The position numbers and the translations under genes are program-made. A DNA stretch of 64,000 bases, taken from NCBI RefSeq assembly GCF_052425735.1, contig NC_135770.1, forward strand, positions 33,790,001 through 33,854,000, written 5' to 3'. The DNA is from Oculina patagonica (Eukaryota). Of this stretch, positions 14,024 through 27,800 are shown piece after piece; within the stretch, counting starts at the first letter, position 1; each line of letters begins with the position of its first letter. The notes beneath the pieces were generated by a model. It searched no databases. It was not told the origin of the DNA and saw only the letters and a list, made by a program, of their open reading frames with translations.

Positions 14024-17000
14024 ATGTCTGGTTACGACTACACATTTGTTTCCGAAGTTTCTGAAGAAGACACTTGCCCGATATGCACCAGCCCAATGAA
14101 GGAACCCGTTCAGACGAAATGTGGCCACCGATTTTGCCGCTTCTGCCTGGAGGAGTCTATGAAAAGGTAACGTTTGAACTACGGTATTAATAGTGTGAAA
14201 TTCCGAGAAGACGGGGACAGTATTCGGACATAACCAGCAGTTTGCGCCAGCTTTTATGTAAGATACCTTGCAAGATATAACTGGAAATCATCATTGAAAG
14301 TGTGTGCACTTTTATTTAGATTGATTTGGGATGCTTGAAGTGCGAAGAGCAGAATCTGGGCAAAGTAACTTTCAGTTTTGCGATGAAAGGTCTGACAGCT
14401 GGATTAACGGGCTCGAGTCAGTCGAGGGTATCCTCGCAGTTGCGCAGTCACGAATATTGATTACTTCTCCCACTTCGCCCAGTGACACGAGCAATTACAG
14501 TCACTTTTCCCAATTATAGAGATGACTGAAAGGTAGTGTAATGCTTTTTCGGCACATTGCGGGGGATGACGTAATGTTTTGCTGCAAAACAGCACTAGTG
14601 TTTCAGCAATTCGTGAAAATAGTGCCTAAAAATAGTACACAATAGTAATCACCACTATGACTTCTTGAAATAACGAAATATTAACAAATTATTAACAAAC
14701 AAGCAAGCAAGCAAACATATACACTAGGAATAATCGGGGGAACGAAACTTATATGCTTTTCACATAAGCAATTTCTGTTCCCCGGGACATTCGGGCTCTC
14801 ATGTAGTCCTACAACGGTTTATGCCGGTTTCTCTTCCCAACCAATATTGAAGACAATGTTACTATGGTTACGGTTTGCATAGGCTCGATTTTGCATGCAA
14901 TCAGGAGTCAAGGCGGAAGTAGTCTTTAAATAGAATACATGAATAAAAATCTAAGTTAGCGCAGCTGTCAAAGCGGACTAGTAGATACCTTAAAGACGTC
15001 ACGTGACACTTAAATTTCGCGATCACTCGGTCACGAGTCCAGCGCACTAAAACGAAACCCGAAACGTTGCTAAAATCGCGAAATTGAAGTGATTTTGGAT
15101 ACGACATAATTATTTCGCGAAAATATATGACCTCCGAAATCGCTAGATATAAACGTGTCGCAAAAAGTTCATGTAATAAGGTATTTAATACAAGAATCCC
15201 TCTAGAGCGAAAGATTCACCAAGCAAGTTATACCCGGGAAGTTATATTAGTTACAGATGGATGAAGTCAAAAGTGACTATTAGTCACGACCTACGTACCC
15301 GTTTTATTGGGGATGAAATGAAATCCAAATCGACAGTTCACACTGCTATTGTAAAAGACTTATTTTTCGATAAGAAATCAATATGTAATTGCTAATATAA
15401 TTAGTGGCTGCGCATGCAGCTTAAAAGACCCCTTAAAAGCACAAATTAAAAAATCGCAAACTCGTGAAATTGTATGTGAAGGAGCGGATTCCGCTTGGTG
15501 TTTTTTTCAATTAGGGTCTACTCTCGCTGGTGTCGGTTCGCGGGTACATTCGTATTAAGCTGGCGGTTCACGGTTAAGAAATTATGGCTGTTTCGGTCTT
15601 TAGCAGAAAACAAACGGCTGTTTGCGGTCTAGCTAGGAAGAATGAAATATAGCGGTTTGCGGACTGTATGACCCCTTAGAATAGACCCTCTATATAACTA
15701 TTTTTTCATGTCAATCATATTTCATCGCTCCCTTTTTGTCCTACATGTACTACTCTTTTTTTAGTTAATACTTATATATTATATGAAATACAAAACTGAA
15801 AATTTGTCCTTTTTATTGCAGAATACCAGAATGTCCAATTGACAGGGAAGCTCTATCTGCAGATGTTACAGTAATGCATTCTTAGTTTACACTTATAAAA
15901 ATCAAATTAATATATTTATTTTGGTATTTTCGTCACGGGCATTGATGTTGAATAAATTGTTTTCCTTTTTAGCAGGATATATTTCCTGATAAAGCAAGCG
16001 AAAGAAAAATTCTGGACTATCAAGTGAAGTGTCCAAATGAAAACGCTGGCTGCCAGTGGATTGGAGAACTGAGGAACGTCGAGGTAAAATAACTTTAACT
16101 TATTGCCTGGGATTTAACATTATACTCGGCCTTACTACCCTGACTGTGACAAGAATCTTTCAGTCTTGTCAGTAGCTGCAAACTCTCGCATAAACGATAT
16201 ATGTCTACTAATTTAAAATGGCAAGGTATTTGTTTTAAAGTACAAAAAACAAAATGAAAAAATGAAACTCAGTATTTAAGGTGTGTTTAACGGGCAGTTA
16301 TTGATTTTGAGCCATTTTCCATGCTTAGCCAAGGCAATTTGTTGTAAAAAAATTGTGTTCTTTTCTACATTAAATTTGGCTGTTAGTTATATAATATTTT
16401 GGTTGTTTGTCACTAGTTGTCAGCTCGCCACAAAAATGTAAAAGATTTTGTTTTCTATTTTAGGGGCACGAAGCAAGTTGTTTCTTTGTGAGAGTGCAAT
16501 GCACTAACAATTGCGGCCTCGCAGTTTTAAGAAGCGAGCTACAACGTCATCTAAATGAAATATGTGCCAGAAGAATAATTTCCTGCCAGCATTGTGGGAC
16601 AAACTACGTGTGGTGTCAAGCAGAGGTATTAATTTTGCGTTTCATCCTTTTATCATTATTAGCTGCATTCCTTTGCAAACGTCTCTGCAGGTCTAAAGGT
16701 CTATCTAGATGTGGACTAAGTGGACCTCGTATACGAGGGCGGTTTTGTTTTTAATGTTACTAATCAGTGCATAAATTAGCATTATATTTTACATTAGCTT
16801 TAAATGCATAAATTAATGTTCAATGCACGCACACGTTCGTAATAGTTTATTATCTGCATAAATTGTTTACACACAGAATTACATGTCGTTCTTTATCTAG
16901 CTGTAGTCAGTGTCTCTACAGTGTCTCTATTATTATTATTCTCGATGTTTTCTTTCATGATCAGGAGCATTTCGACAACTGCCAACGTTTTCCCTGTAGC

Positions 17001-17325
17001 TGTCCTCAGAGATGCGGTGAAAACAACATTCCCAAGGCCGAGGTACGGTACATTGTTCAGATTAGCAGCTTCAGGTTTATTTGTATACTGTGCTCTGTTC
17101 TGTAAAGCACTTAGGAAGCGGCGACGTGTTTTCCCCTACACTTCTTTTGTGCTACCGCCGCTTCCTGCGTGCTTTACAACAGAACAGAGCACAGTCGAGG
17201 CATCTTTATTTGTTAATTATCAGTCACTGGTTAGTACACAGCCAAAAAGATTCTGAGTTTCCAACCAAGGCTTTAGCTATTCAAAACGTACCAGTAGTGT
17301 GTAGCCAATCAGTTTGCGCGTTTTT

Positions 17326-17360
<35 letters not shown>

Positions 17361-19433
17361 TTTATTATCCATTTAAACAATAAAATGTAACAGAAGTACT
17401 AATTATGGTAAGGCGAGGAAACCTCCAGGAAACCACCAAGCTTATAGGGGAGGCCACCTCAGTTATCAATTTGTTAGAAATTTAGTTGTGGAAGTGCGGC
17501 TAGGTCAATTCAGAATCAATTCACTAAAAATTCAATCATTTTTTGTTTCTTAAAAGTAGAAAAGCTAGTCGAGCTAGTGATCGATATTGGGAGAGAATTC
17601 CAAATTTAAGGACCCTGGTTTGCTAGTTGATGCCTGAATGTAGTAGCATTTTGAACGTAATCACGCGATATTCTAACCGACTTGTATTTCAGGTGAACGC
17701 TCATCTTGAGAGGGATTGTGGTCTTACTGAAGTAGACTGTAAATATGCACATGTTGGGTGCCAAGTTAAGGTGAATTTAAAGCGAGTTTTATTCCAAATT
17801 GTAATATTTAAAGTTGCTTAGGAAGAGAACGCAAGGTTTGGAACTTGAAGCAGTGCTACATTAAATCACTGATTGCAATGCAAATAAAAGAAGTGCCTAA
17901 AGCTAATTTATTCTTGATCTAGAGCATATGCTCTCTCCTGCGCAGTGTTCTAATTTTGAGTATATCAGCAAATGCTTTGCTTAGGTAAATCGGGTGCCAA
18001 CAACAACCTCTTCTTTATGTGCAAACATGACAGCATTATACGTCTAAACGTTTGCGCCCTCTTTGGCATTCAAGGGGCCCGCGCTACTTTCAACTTGCCG
18101 GAAGCAATCCATGAACGAATTGACCAAGTGTCCTAAGGCCTTGAAACGTGTACAACACCAAGTTAGAAATTATTGGTAAAAAGGCGAACCTGTATGACAC
18201 GACGTACTACGTAATACTCTTTTGGAAAGAATCTAACTTACCTACGTAATAACTTTTTTTCCCTTTTTTAACACAAAGGTTCCAAGGAACCGCCTCGAGC
18301 GACATTTACAAGTCAACATGGAAGCTCACTTAAACATAGCGTGTGGAAAACTACAAATACTGGAGAATGAATCCTTGATCACAAATCAAAGGCTTGAAGA
18401 ACTGGAAGGTGTTGTGACCACGCACAACAACCTGGACGAACTGCATAATGCGATAAGCGATAAAATTGTGAGACTAGACGAATTGGAGGAATCGATGAAA
18501 AAAACTTGCCAGCTTCATATCAAGACAGATGCAAAGATGGGTCGTATGGAAGCTGTTTTATCTGGCATTCAGAGAGAAGAAGAACGGCGCGATGGAGTGA
18601 TTGAAAATATTCAAAGAATCTCACAAACTTTAGAAGACGAAATTGAAAATATAAAGCGAAAGCTTCAAGAGCTCGAGCAACCCAGCGCAACCGCCACATC
18701 TTACAGAGCCGAATTTCAAGCTGGTCCATCCGGGTACAGAGGGAGCTTAAAATTGCCCTCACTAGTCACGCCAACGGCGCCCCCTCTTCCAAGGCCGACA
18801 GGACTTCCAGAATGTCGGGGACGGTTTTTCGGGGCCAAACAGTTGCCTGAAATGATGGAATATGGTACACAAAGATCGCAAGAACATCTTGGTACCAGCC
18901 TGTCAAATAAGCAATGCCCTCAAGAACTGTCCACTGAAGTGCATATTAGCAACAAATTTATCTGGAAATTTACCCAATTCGATGATTGCCTGCAGAAAGC
19001 AAAGCACGGAACAAAGACTTATTATCTGAGTGATCCATTCCAAAGTGGCCCGTACGGATACAAGATGTGCATCGAATTCCATCCTAATGGGTTAAATGAC
19101 GGATGGAACACCCACCTGTCGATTTTTGTGTGTCTAATGAAAAGTGAATACGATGACATATTGCCCTGGCCTTTTAACAAGAAGGTTATAATTACGCTTA
19201 TTGACCAGCAACCAATTCCATATTTAAGGCGAAATATCCAGATGTCCAGTCTTCCCAAGAACAATGGACACTTGAGTGTTTGTTATTCCAAGCCAGTAGA
19301 AGCCAGACCGCGGAATGTGGCATTCGGGTTTTGCAAGTTTACCACGCAGGAGCGCCTTAAAACTAGACGTTATCTTGTGAACGACACCCTTTTTCTCTGT
19401 GTAGAGGTTGACCGTTCGAATCCTATTTTGTAA
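14024..19433 (+). CDS. TRAF-like gene 2 (RING, 5 zinc fingers, long coiled coil, Pro-rich linker, MATH), about 590 aa, 7 exons
   Basis: Exons 14024-14166, 15822-15870, 15976(or 15973)-16083, 16464-16625, 16965-17042, 17693-17770, 18279-19433; GT-AG and in frame. MATH motifs FIWKF, HPNG, THLSIF, SEYDDILPWPF, YLVNDTLFL. Confidence 0.92.
17327..17360. repeat. (TCA)n microsatellite
   Basis: About 11 units seen directly. Confidence 0.9.
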
Positions 19434-20314
19434 GACTAAGTTTTACCTCAGAGAGAGGCACAGGCCGAAATTTAGGTGAGGGCCACAGGTTTACCAGTCT
19501 ACGACTGTGTGTTTTCTCTCACTAAATAAAGTTACTTACTTACCTACGTAGTAAAGTTAAGCGGTAAGAATATTCTGTTCCAGCTAAACCGCTTGCAGTT
19601 TTCTTTTTAACATTCTTTTCTGTGTGTGCATGTGCAGATCAATTTCCTTCCTTTAAACAGGAGCCGGCGGACTTCTTCACGGTATGCAGGCTATCACTAA
19701 AGAGTGGACACTATATGTAGGAGGAGGTGGTGGCGTGACAGCTACAAAATGAAATGAGACAGAGATAATTTCGAGTAATAACAAAGTTGACTTATTGTGA
19801 CAATAGTGGAACAGGTATTTCTTTAGCCTTTTCCCCATTTGGAAAGACGGTTCAGTTACCTAAGCTAAGGAGTTTAGTTGTCCAATTAAATGCGTATAAA
19901 GAATAAAAATAGAAGAGAATGCACACAGCAGTGCCAAAGGAGCTGAAAAAAGAACTGACTGTCACATAGGAAGACTAGGAAGTTATTATATATTCTTGCA
20001 CCAAAGCCATAGAAAACAATCACACTCAGTAATGCCCGCTTCTCATAGTAGTGCAACATTGCGGTATAAACAGTGCAATTTTGTTACAACACAGCGGTTT
20101 TTGTACTCGTAGTGGCCAATTTTTTTTTTTTTTTGGGGGGGGGGGGTCGGGAAGTTATATGTTTTACACGCAAAATATGCGGAATATACACACTCAGTGC
20201 AATCTTGCTCTGGCCCCTTTTATTCACCAGATAAATCACTATCCAGTGTATAGCCTGGTATGATTTGATAAGACTTGTCCACTGGATAGCGATTTATCCG
20301 GTAAATAGCGTTAT

Positions 20315-20995
20315 TTAAGAATAAATATCAACGCTAAAAGTACATGACCTGTACGCATCACCTTGCCATTCAAAGATCAAAAATCGGCTGACTACGTACG
20401 TAGAGAATTGTGTGACCTAGGAAAGAAAATAGATCGTGAAATAACACCAGTCTTCACAAGCAAGAAAATTTCTGAAGAATTGAAGTTCACGGAAACGAAG
20501 CCCTCTCTAGTAAACCAACAAAGTGTAGTATATGAATATAAATGTAATTCGTGCGATGCGAATTATATTGGCTACACGAGTCGCCACCTTCACCTGCGCA
20601 TCGAGGAGCACAGATACTCCGTAATTGGTAAAAAATCTTCAGGAACAACACAATCAAAAGCCGATCGACCTTCACAGCCAATTTGCCATCCTTAAGAAAT
20701 GCCGCGGAAAGTTTGAGTGCCTAATTTACGAGATGCTCCTAATTAGGAAAAAGAAACCATCCCTGAACACTCAAAAGGACTCCATTCCAGAGAAACTGTT
20801 TACTTAGTTATGCACATTTTTCTGTTTTCCACGCCTCATTTATTGTAATTTAGTTTCACACTTTCTTTTCTATAAATATCGTTCTGTACCATGTAAAATT
20901 TGCATTTGATAATGGTGACATGTCGTCGCCGAAACGTCATGTACTTTTAGCGTTGATATTTATTCTTAAATGTATTTCAAAATCTTCTGTTATTA
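20315..20995 (+). mobile_element. 5'-truncated Penelope-like retroelement (GIY-YIG fragment, frameshifted) with inverted 5' segment
   Basis: VVYEYKCNSCDANYIGYTSRHLHLRIEEH motif; 20313-20348 is the reverse complement of 20936-20971; AAATAGCGTTAT duplicated at 20303-20314 and 20996-21007. Confidence 0.88.
20901..20943 (+). ncRNA. Minimal type I hammerhead ribozyme motif (U3-A8 variant) in the Penelope 3' end
   Basis: Stem I TGCAT/ATGTA; core TTGATAA; stem II GGTGAC/GTCGCC; GAAA-CG-TC with predicted cleavage after 20938. Confidence 0.6.
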
Positions 20996-21611
20996 AAATA
21001 GCGTTATCCATCCTTTAAACAACTGTTGTTTCATTCTTCTAGACATTCATCACGCCACCGCTAGCCCCAGTTTCCCACTTCACACGGTTCAGTTTAAATG
21101 GCCGTCATCTTGGTCGATAACAGCTCTGTGACGTCACGGGACTGTTTACTATGACCAGTTCTTCCCTCTTCCCATCTAAATATCCCACACAATGAAAACA
21201 CAATGATCGATGGTTTACCGCGGAAAAATGATCGTTATTTTTCTTAAAAAAAAAAAAACAACCACGCTGTTCCGTATAGAACTAAGCTTATAGAGATTTC
21301 GCCATACATTTCAGTGACAACGGGGGGAACGGTCGTGAACGTCGAACAGGCCCGTGCAAAAGAACAGCGATTATTATACATTGGTGTCACCAGCTTGATT
21401 TTGATTGGCTATAAGCACGCAGCTAATTCTTGCTTGCTGTTTCTCTTACGTCATACCTACAGACATTAGATTTTACATATGTATAAGTGACGTCATACCT
21501 ACAGACAATAGTTTTATGCATGCAGAAGTGACGAAAGGTTGTAAGCTTATAAAAGTATATTTTGTGCGCGCTCTTGTCTTTACAAGTGCAGCTCAGGAAT
21601 GTGCATAATAA

Positions 21612-21761
21612 AACAATTATTGGATTCGGTTTTCGCATGATAGCGATAATTATCAAGGCCTCAGTTTCTGTTATCCGCCTCAGCCTTCGGCTTCGGCAGA
21701 TAATAGAAACTTTGGCCTTGATAATTATCGCTATCATGCTCAACCTCATCCAATAATTGTT
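21612..21761. repeat. About 150-bp imperfect hairpin from a palindromic-end repeat, about 130 bp upstream of the gene 3 ATG
   Basis: AACAATTATTGGAT...GCATGATAGCGATAATTATCAAGGCC and its reverse complement; similar hairpins near 31585-31900, 40797-40910 and 48098-48280. Confidence 0.7.
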
Positions 21762-21892
21762 AATTGGCATTTTGGCGGGTTTTGGCGCGTTGTTTTTTTT
21801 AAACGTCACCGCTGGTCACAAATGTCGTGTGCGCGTATCCTCGATCTCGCGCGAAGGACCGCGCGAAGCTTCTCCTTTTGTGTCGGTCCGTC

Positions 21893-24800
21893 ATGTCTGG
21901 TTTCGAATACGCGTTTGTTTCTAAAGTTTCACAGGAATATTTGTGCCCGATATGTGAATGTCCTATGCGTGAACCAGTCCAGACGAAATGTGGACACAGA
22001 TTCTGCAAACACTGCTTGGAACAGTCCATGAAAAGGTAACGTAATTTAACTGTGAGATTTCCTTTCGGATGCCACATAATGTACTTTATTATGCATGCAT
22101 GCATATTCTTCCTTATTAGCTAATCCTTTATAACAAATGAACGGCAGTCATAAATGGAACAAGAGTTACAAAACTTAATATGTGCATTTTAATAAGCATA
22201 AGGCAAACATTCCAAATAAATACAACTGGCGTTTCAATATTTAAGGTCCTGGGGCCGGGTGGGGCATATTTATTCCCCTTGCCTTGTTCTGTAATAACAG
22301 GTGGCCCAGACGTTGTATTCGATCAACGTGACATATTGATGTTGGCGAATGCATTACGTTTTCAGCCGTAAGACAATGTATGAGAATGCTTCGAAAATTG
22401 CTCTAAATACTGCATGTGGAAAATAATTGAAATAAAATTGTAACTGCAGACCCGGCGTATCCAATTGTGAAGTACACAATAACTTACGTCTTAGCTATAT
22501 TTCTATTAGTTTTGAAGGTTATTTACCTGTCCAAAACTGTAAGAAAACCTCTGGATATGGTTTGTAATCGAGCAATGTTACTGTTTTGGACGGGCAACTT
22601 CCTTTTTCAGTTTCGATATAGCCACACAATGCAAAACAGCCACACAATAAATTTGCTTTCTTACTTTGGTTTTTGTATTGTATTGAAGTTTACAAGGCAA
22701 AATGGCTCAACTCTAAATGTTTAAATCCATAGATGGAGTCGGTTCTTGTGCACAAAAAGCCATTCGAGATTGAAATGCAAATGTGATGTAAATACCTTAT
22801 TGTTACTTTTTTTCGCGGGAACTTAATTTCGCGAAAATGGAACTCAAAACAGTTTGCCATGTTCCTGTGTTACAAAGTATAGCTTTTCTGACAACTGTAC
22901 CGAGATAATTTTGTAGTAAACTTACAGCAACGTTGATTAGTAGTAAAGTTTGCGTTGTTAATTTTAGCGAGAAACTTTTTTTTGGAGTCTTACATTTCGC
23001 GATTTTTGGAAAATCGCGAAATTCACAAAAATTAGGTCCCGCGAAAATAAGTAACAATAAGGTAATCTATTTTAAAGGGTCTATCTAGTAAAATGACAGA
23101 ATGAAAAGTGTTTTATTACTTTTTTTAAAAAAAAAAAATGGTGACCAAATTTTTTAAATTGGCTACCATTTTGGTATATTTAGGAGCCACTGGGAAGAAA
23201 ATTATACGCCCTGAATTACATGTACATTTTAACTTACCAGTAGTTTGTCTGTATCCCTCTCTGTCAGGAAGGAGAAAATTTGCCTATGCGATTTTAATTT
23301 TTTCTTAGAATCTATTCATGAATGCATATTCCAGTATACCCCTGTATGTTTCAACTGGCACCCATCAGTCAAACCATCTGTTATGATACAAATGAACACT
23401 CATCCATCTAGCCTTAAAGTTTCAAGTATGACAGTTATAATTCTATATTTAAAGGACCCTCGTCAGCCACACATTTGTTTTTGTTTACATACAAGAATTT
23501 TGGTGTTACATGTACATTTCATGCGAAAAGTGTCTAAACAAAAGAGATCACACTGTCAGACTGTAAAACTAATTAAGGTAATTAAACAGACGGTCAGTAA
23601 CACAATTAACTTACAGCAATGGAATATATGAGATTTGCTTCGCCATACATTTTTAGTCATAATTTTTAAGGCATCAAAAGTGGCAGACTAAAAGCCTGAC
23701 TAGGGTCAAGCTTTTAGCCAGGTGGGAGTCCAGGAGTCCCATGGATGGCCACTTTTCAGAGAAAATTAATATGAATAACTGTATACAGAGGTTTGTTTAG
23801 CAAATTTGGAAGTCTTTGGATACCTTTTCACTCAGAACTGCAAAAAAAACACCTTGCATGCTCCTCTAGGCCCTCCTATGGGTGCAAAGTTAGGCCCTAT
23901 ATAAATTTTGGACTCCTACTTTTTAAATCCTGGCTAAAGCCTTACTAGCTAGGGTCCTATAACGAACACTAACTATGACTTCAAAAATGATGTAAATAAA
24001 CATATGCACATGATTTTTAGGAAAAGAGAATGTCCCATTGACCGCCGAGCCCTTAAAGAACATTCTGCAAAGGTACATGTAAGACCACAATCCATTTTCT
24101 TCTCCATTGTAAACTCTCCTGTGGGTAATGATCATTAAGTTTGATGCGTTTTTACAGGATATATATCCTGATGTGGCAATTCAAAGAACAATTTTGGACT
24201 TTGTCATAAAGTGTCCTAACGAAAACTATGGTTGCAAATGGACTGGGGAGCTCAGAAGCATAGAGGTACATGTACAGTGCAACTTTAAATGTTTTGTCAT
24301 TTTATAAACATGAGCATACCTTTGTGTGTGTGTGTGTGTTGGGGGGTACTCTCTGAAAATTTTGGAGGGGTGTGTGGCAAGCTTCCAGGAACCCTTGTCG
24401 TGTTTCAAACCAAATTTTGTGGTTTCTCTATCCTATTTCAGACCTGATCCAAATATTGATACCCTAATACATGGCTGCAAATAATTTTTTTCACTTGAAT
24501 AGACAAATGTTCTTATAAGACATCTGCATTTTGGTCGGACAAAGCAAAATTGTGGTCTGACAGATTTTTATTCATTGTTGCCAAAAAATGATTTACACTG
24601 TATGATCAAAAAATTGTCCGGACATTATGCCCTACTACACTTGGGATTTCATCAGACATGAACAAATTTTGGTAGGCCAATGTCCAATGACTCCAGGCTG
24701 ACTGTTATTTGCAGCCCCGCTAATACCCTGCTTGTATTTCAGATAAGACCCCACCCAGGAACTGCTTCAGTGTAGTGATTTCTGTTGTTACATACCACCT

Positions 24801-27800
24801 ACATTGTACATATCAGTCACAAATTATATAAGGTGGAGGTACAATTTTATTTTTCAAACTGTGTGGTTCCAGGAAATGTTTATACTCACCCCCCTCCCCC
24901 CAACAGAAGGGTTAGGAAATTCCTGGGAGTGGGAAGGGTCTCAAAGGCCAAAAGCACTAAGAAAATGTATGAAGTTTAATTGGAATTTCCAGAGGGGTGG
25001 GGGTCTTAAGAAAAATCCCTTCTGGGGGGAGGGGGTATGGATAATTTATGGAACTACATAATGCAGATCTTTTCAAGGCAATTTTGGTGCCAAAAATCCA
25101 AATTAATTGAACAAACATTTCCCCAGTAATGACATTATGTGCCAAGTGGCACTCTAAGGGTTTTAAAGGTTAAAATTTAAGTGAAAGTACATGTACTATA
25201 TTGATAATATTGTATTTCAGACACATGAGCCAGATTGCAGTTTTGTAGGAGTGAAATGCACAAACAAGGATTGTGATGCCACTCCTTTGATGAAAGATCT
25301 GCAAAATCACGTGACTCATGAATGTCCTAAAAGGAAAGTCAAGTGTCTCTACTGTAAGGCAGTGTCCTTTATATGGTGCACAAGACAGGTAAATGACAAA
25401 ATATTGTGATTAAACAAAAGAGGATAGTGAATTTTCTTATGATGCTGATTCTTACGGTGGCCCACAACTGTCATGGCAAAACAAAAAGTCATGGCACTAC
25501 AAACTTTACCCACGTCTAAAATATTTTATTGATGGCAAAACAAAATTAACTCATGGCAAAACAAAGAAAAGGAGTTGGTCAGCTTTGGTACGCCGTGTAA
25601 CAGTAGAGGTCAGGCCAAACAAGGATGAGAGTTGATGAGAGTTGAGTAGACTGTCTCAGAATTATCATTTTTTCAAAACTTGTCACTCTTTTACCTGTTC
25701 ACCTGATAAAACAAGCAAATACATCAGTGAACTTTTACTTAAAAAGATACCGATGGTATGTTAAAGTCGAGACTGTGTTTACATGTAAGCCTAATTCACA
25801 GTCAACCTAGCCATTCAGTTATCTCCAGTTTCAGTTGCAGGAACCAATAAGGAGAACCTCTTCCCCCATCCCCCTGCCCTTTGCTGGGTACAGTCAACTC
25901 TCGTTATAGCGGACACGCTCGAGGCGTCGTTTAGTGTCCGTTATAGCGAGAGTCCGTAATAGCGGGACTCATTCCAGTCAAACTTCTTTTGCCGGGGATC
26001 TGGATTTTGTCCGTAATAGCGAGTGTCGGCAATAGCGGGGTGTCCGCAAGGCGAGAGTTGACTGTATGATGATAGCCCATTTTTGGCTTATCTCTTAGCA
26101 TTTAATTTTGTGATATGTTTTGTAAACCCTGGTGGTAAAGTACAAAACATGAATGTTGCCCACAATGCCAGGTAGAAGATAGATAGATGGATGGATAGAT
26201 AGTTTATTGATATTCTTACATGACAGTCTAAAAACTGAATTGCGTAAAAATTTACAAAGAGATTAATTATTAAAAATACAACTATTAAAATCTATTTTAA
26301 CTATATTAAAAATACAACTATTAAAATCTATTATAACTATATTAAAAATTTGCCATAGATGGAAAAAAGCTATTTTTAAAACGATTGGTTCAAGCCTTAA
26401 AAGGGTTAATTATATTCTGACAGTCTGGCAGTTTTAGCCGATTTCGAGTGTCGGTCTGTCAGCACATTCTTAATTATTATCTGGCAGTCTAGAGTCAAGA
26501 AAATTATGGTGGACTTGGTCTAAAAAAAATGGCGCTGTGTGGGCTGAACAACTCCCTATATAGACCCTTCGCTACCTCTCCAATCTATCACTGTCAAGGC
26601 ATGTCGTCATTGTCTCTGAAACAATAACAAGCTTCTGCAGCAGCAATGCACCTTTCCTAAATAGACAATATAGTACTGTTTATAAAAAGATGAATGAAGC
26701 AAGAGGTTCCAGAGAGATAAACCTGGAATGCTTGATCCATTCAACCCTTAGGCCACAACGCCTCGCTGAAGGCTACTGATAGTGGTTTACTACTTCTCTG
26801 ATAGAATCTGTTGATTATTTTAAGGTTCATTTTGACGTGTGCAAGAAATACCCAATGGAATGCCTTCAAAAATGTGGTGAACAAATACAAAGAGACAAGG
26901 TAGACTTGTAATTTTGTTTAATCATTAAACAGGGTCTAAAGTGGGAGTTGGGTGGGGGTGTGGCCGTAGCCAAGGGGTCTTGAAATTTTCAGAGCCATGC
27001 TTTGTTGCGGATCAGACCCCCTGAAGCCTAACCCCCTTGAAAATGTAATTTAAACACTTTTTAAAAGCCCCAATGTCCACATACAATCCTCTTGACTGAT
27101 TTCCATAATTTTCTTATGACATAGTTGGGTGAATTTCTTAAAAGATCGAGGATGCTCAGGCTACATTTTATGTTTTAATTGAATAGTTTTGCTTACAATT
27201 TGTCGTATCCAAAGTTACATTGTAACTTCATTTATAGGTTGTTTTCATTTTTTATTTATTTTACTTGGAGCGTTTTACAGTTTCGTTTATCATTTGTCCC
27301 ATCCAAGTTGTATAGTAGGTTGTATTGTAGGTCGACGAGGTTATGCTGTGTATATGGACTAGAAAATTCAATTTCATTTTTATTTCATTTTCTCGGAGCG
27401 TTTTCCTCTACCTTATTAATTGACAAAGTGTATTTTTTTACATGAGTTTGATTGTCTTCGAAGTATATAACCTTTATCGTCATTTTAAAATCCAGATGAA
27501 TGATCACATTGATAAAAGCTGCCCTCATACTAAACTGGAGTGCACGTATGCCCATGTTGGTTGCAAAGCTAAGGTACGTTATATGTTGACAGACTGTCTG
27601 TAATCACTATCACTTGTCGTTTCTGTGGATTTGCATGCAGCGAACAGCGGTAGGCAAATTTCGATATATGTATGTGAAGCCGAGTAAGAATTTTAATATT
27701 TATATCAAATTGGCATATTTTCCAGTTTTCTCAGGCTAGTCTAACAAAAAGTGAACAAACTCAACAGTATTTTGGCGAACGGTTTAATAGAGCTTTATCA

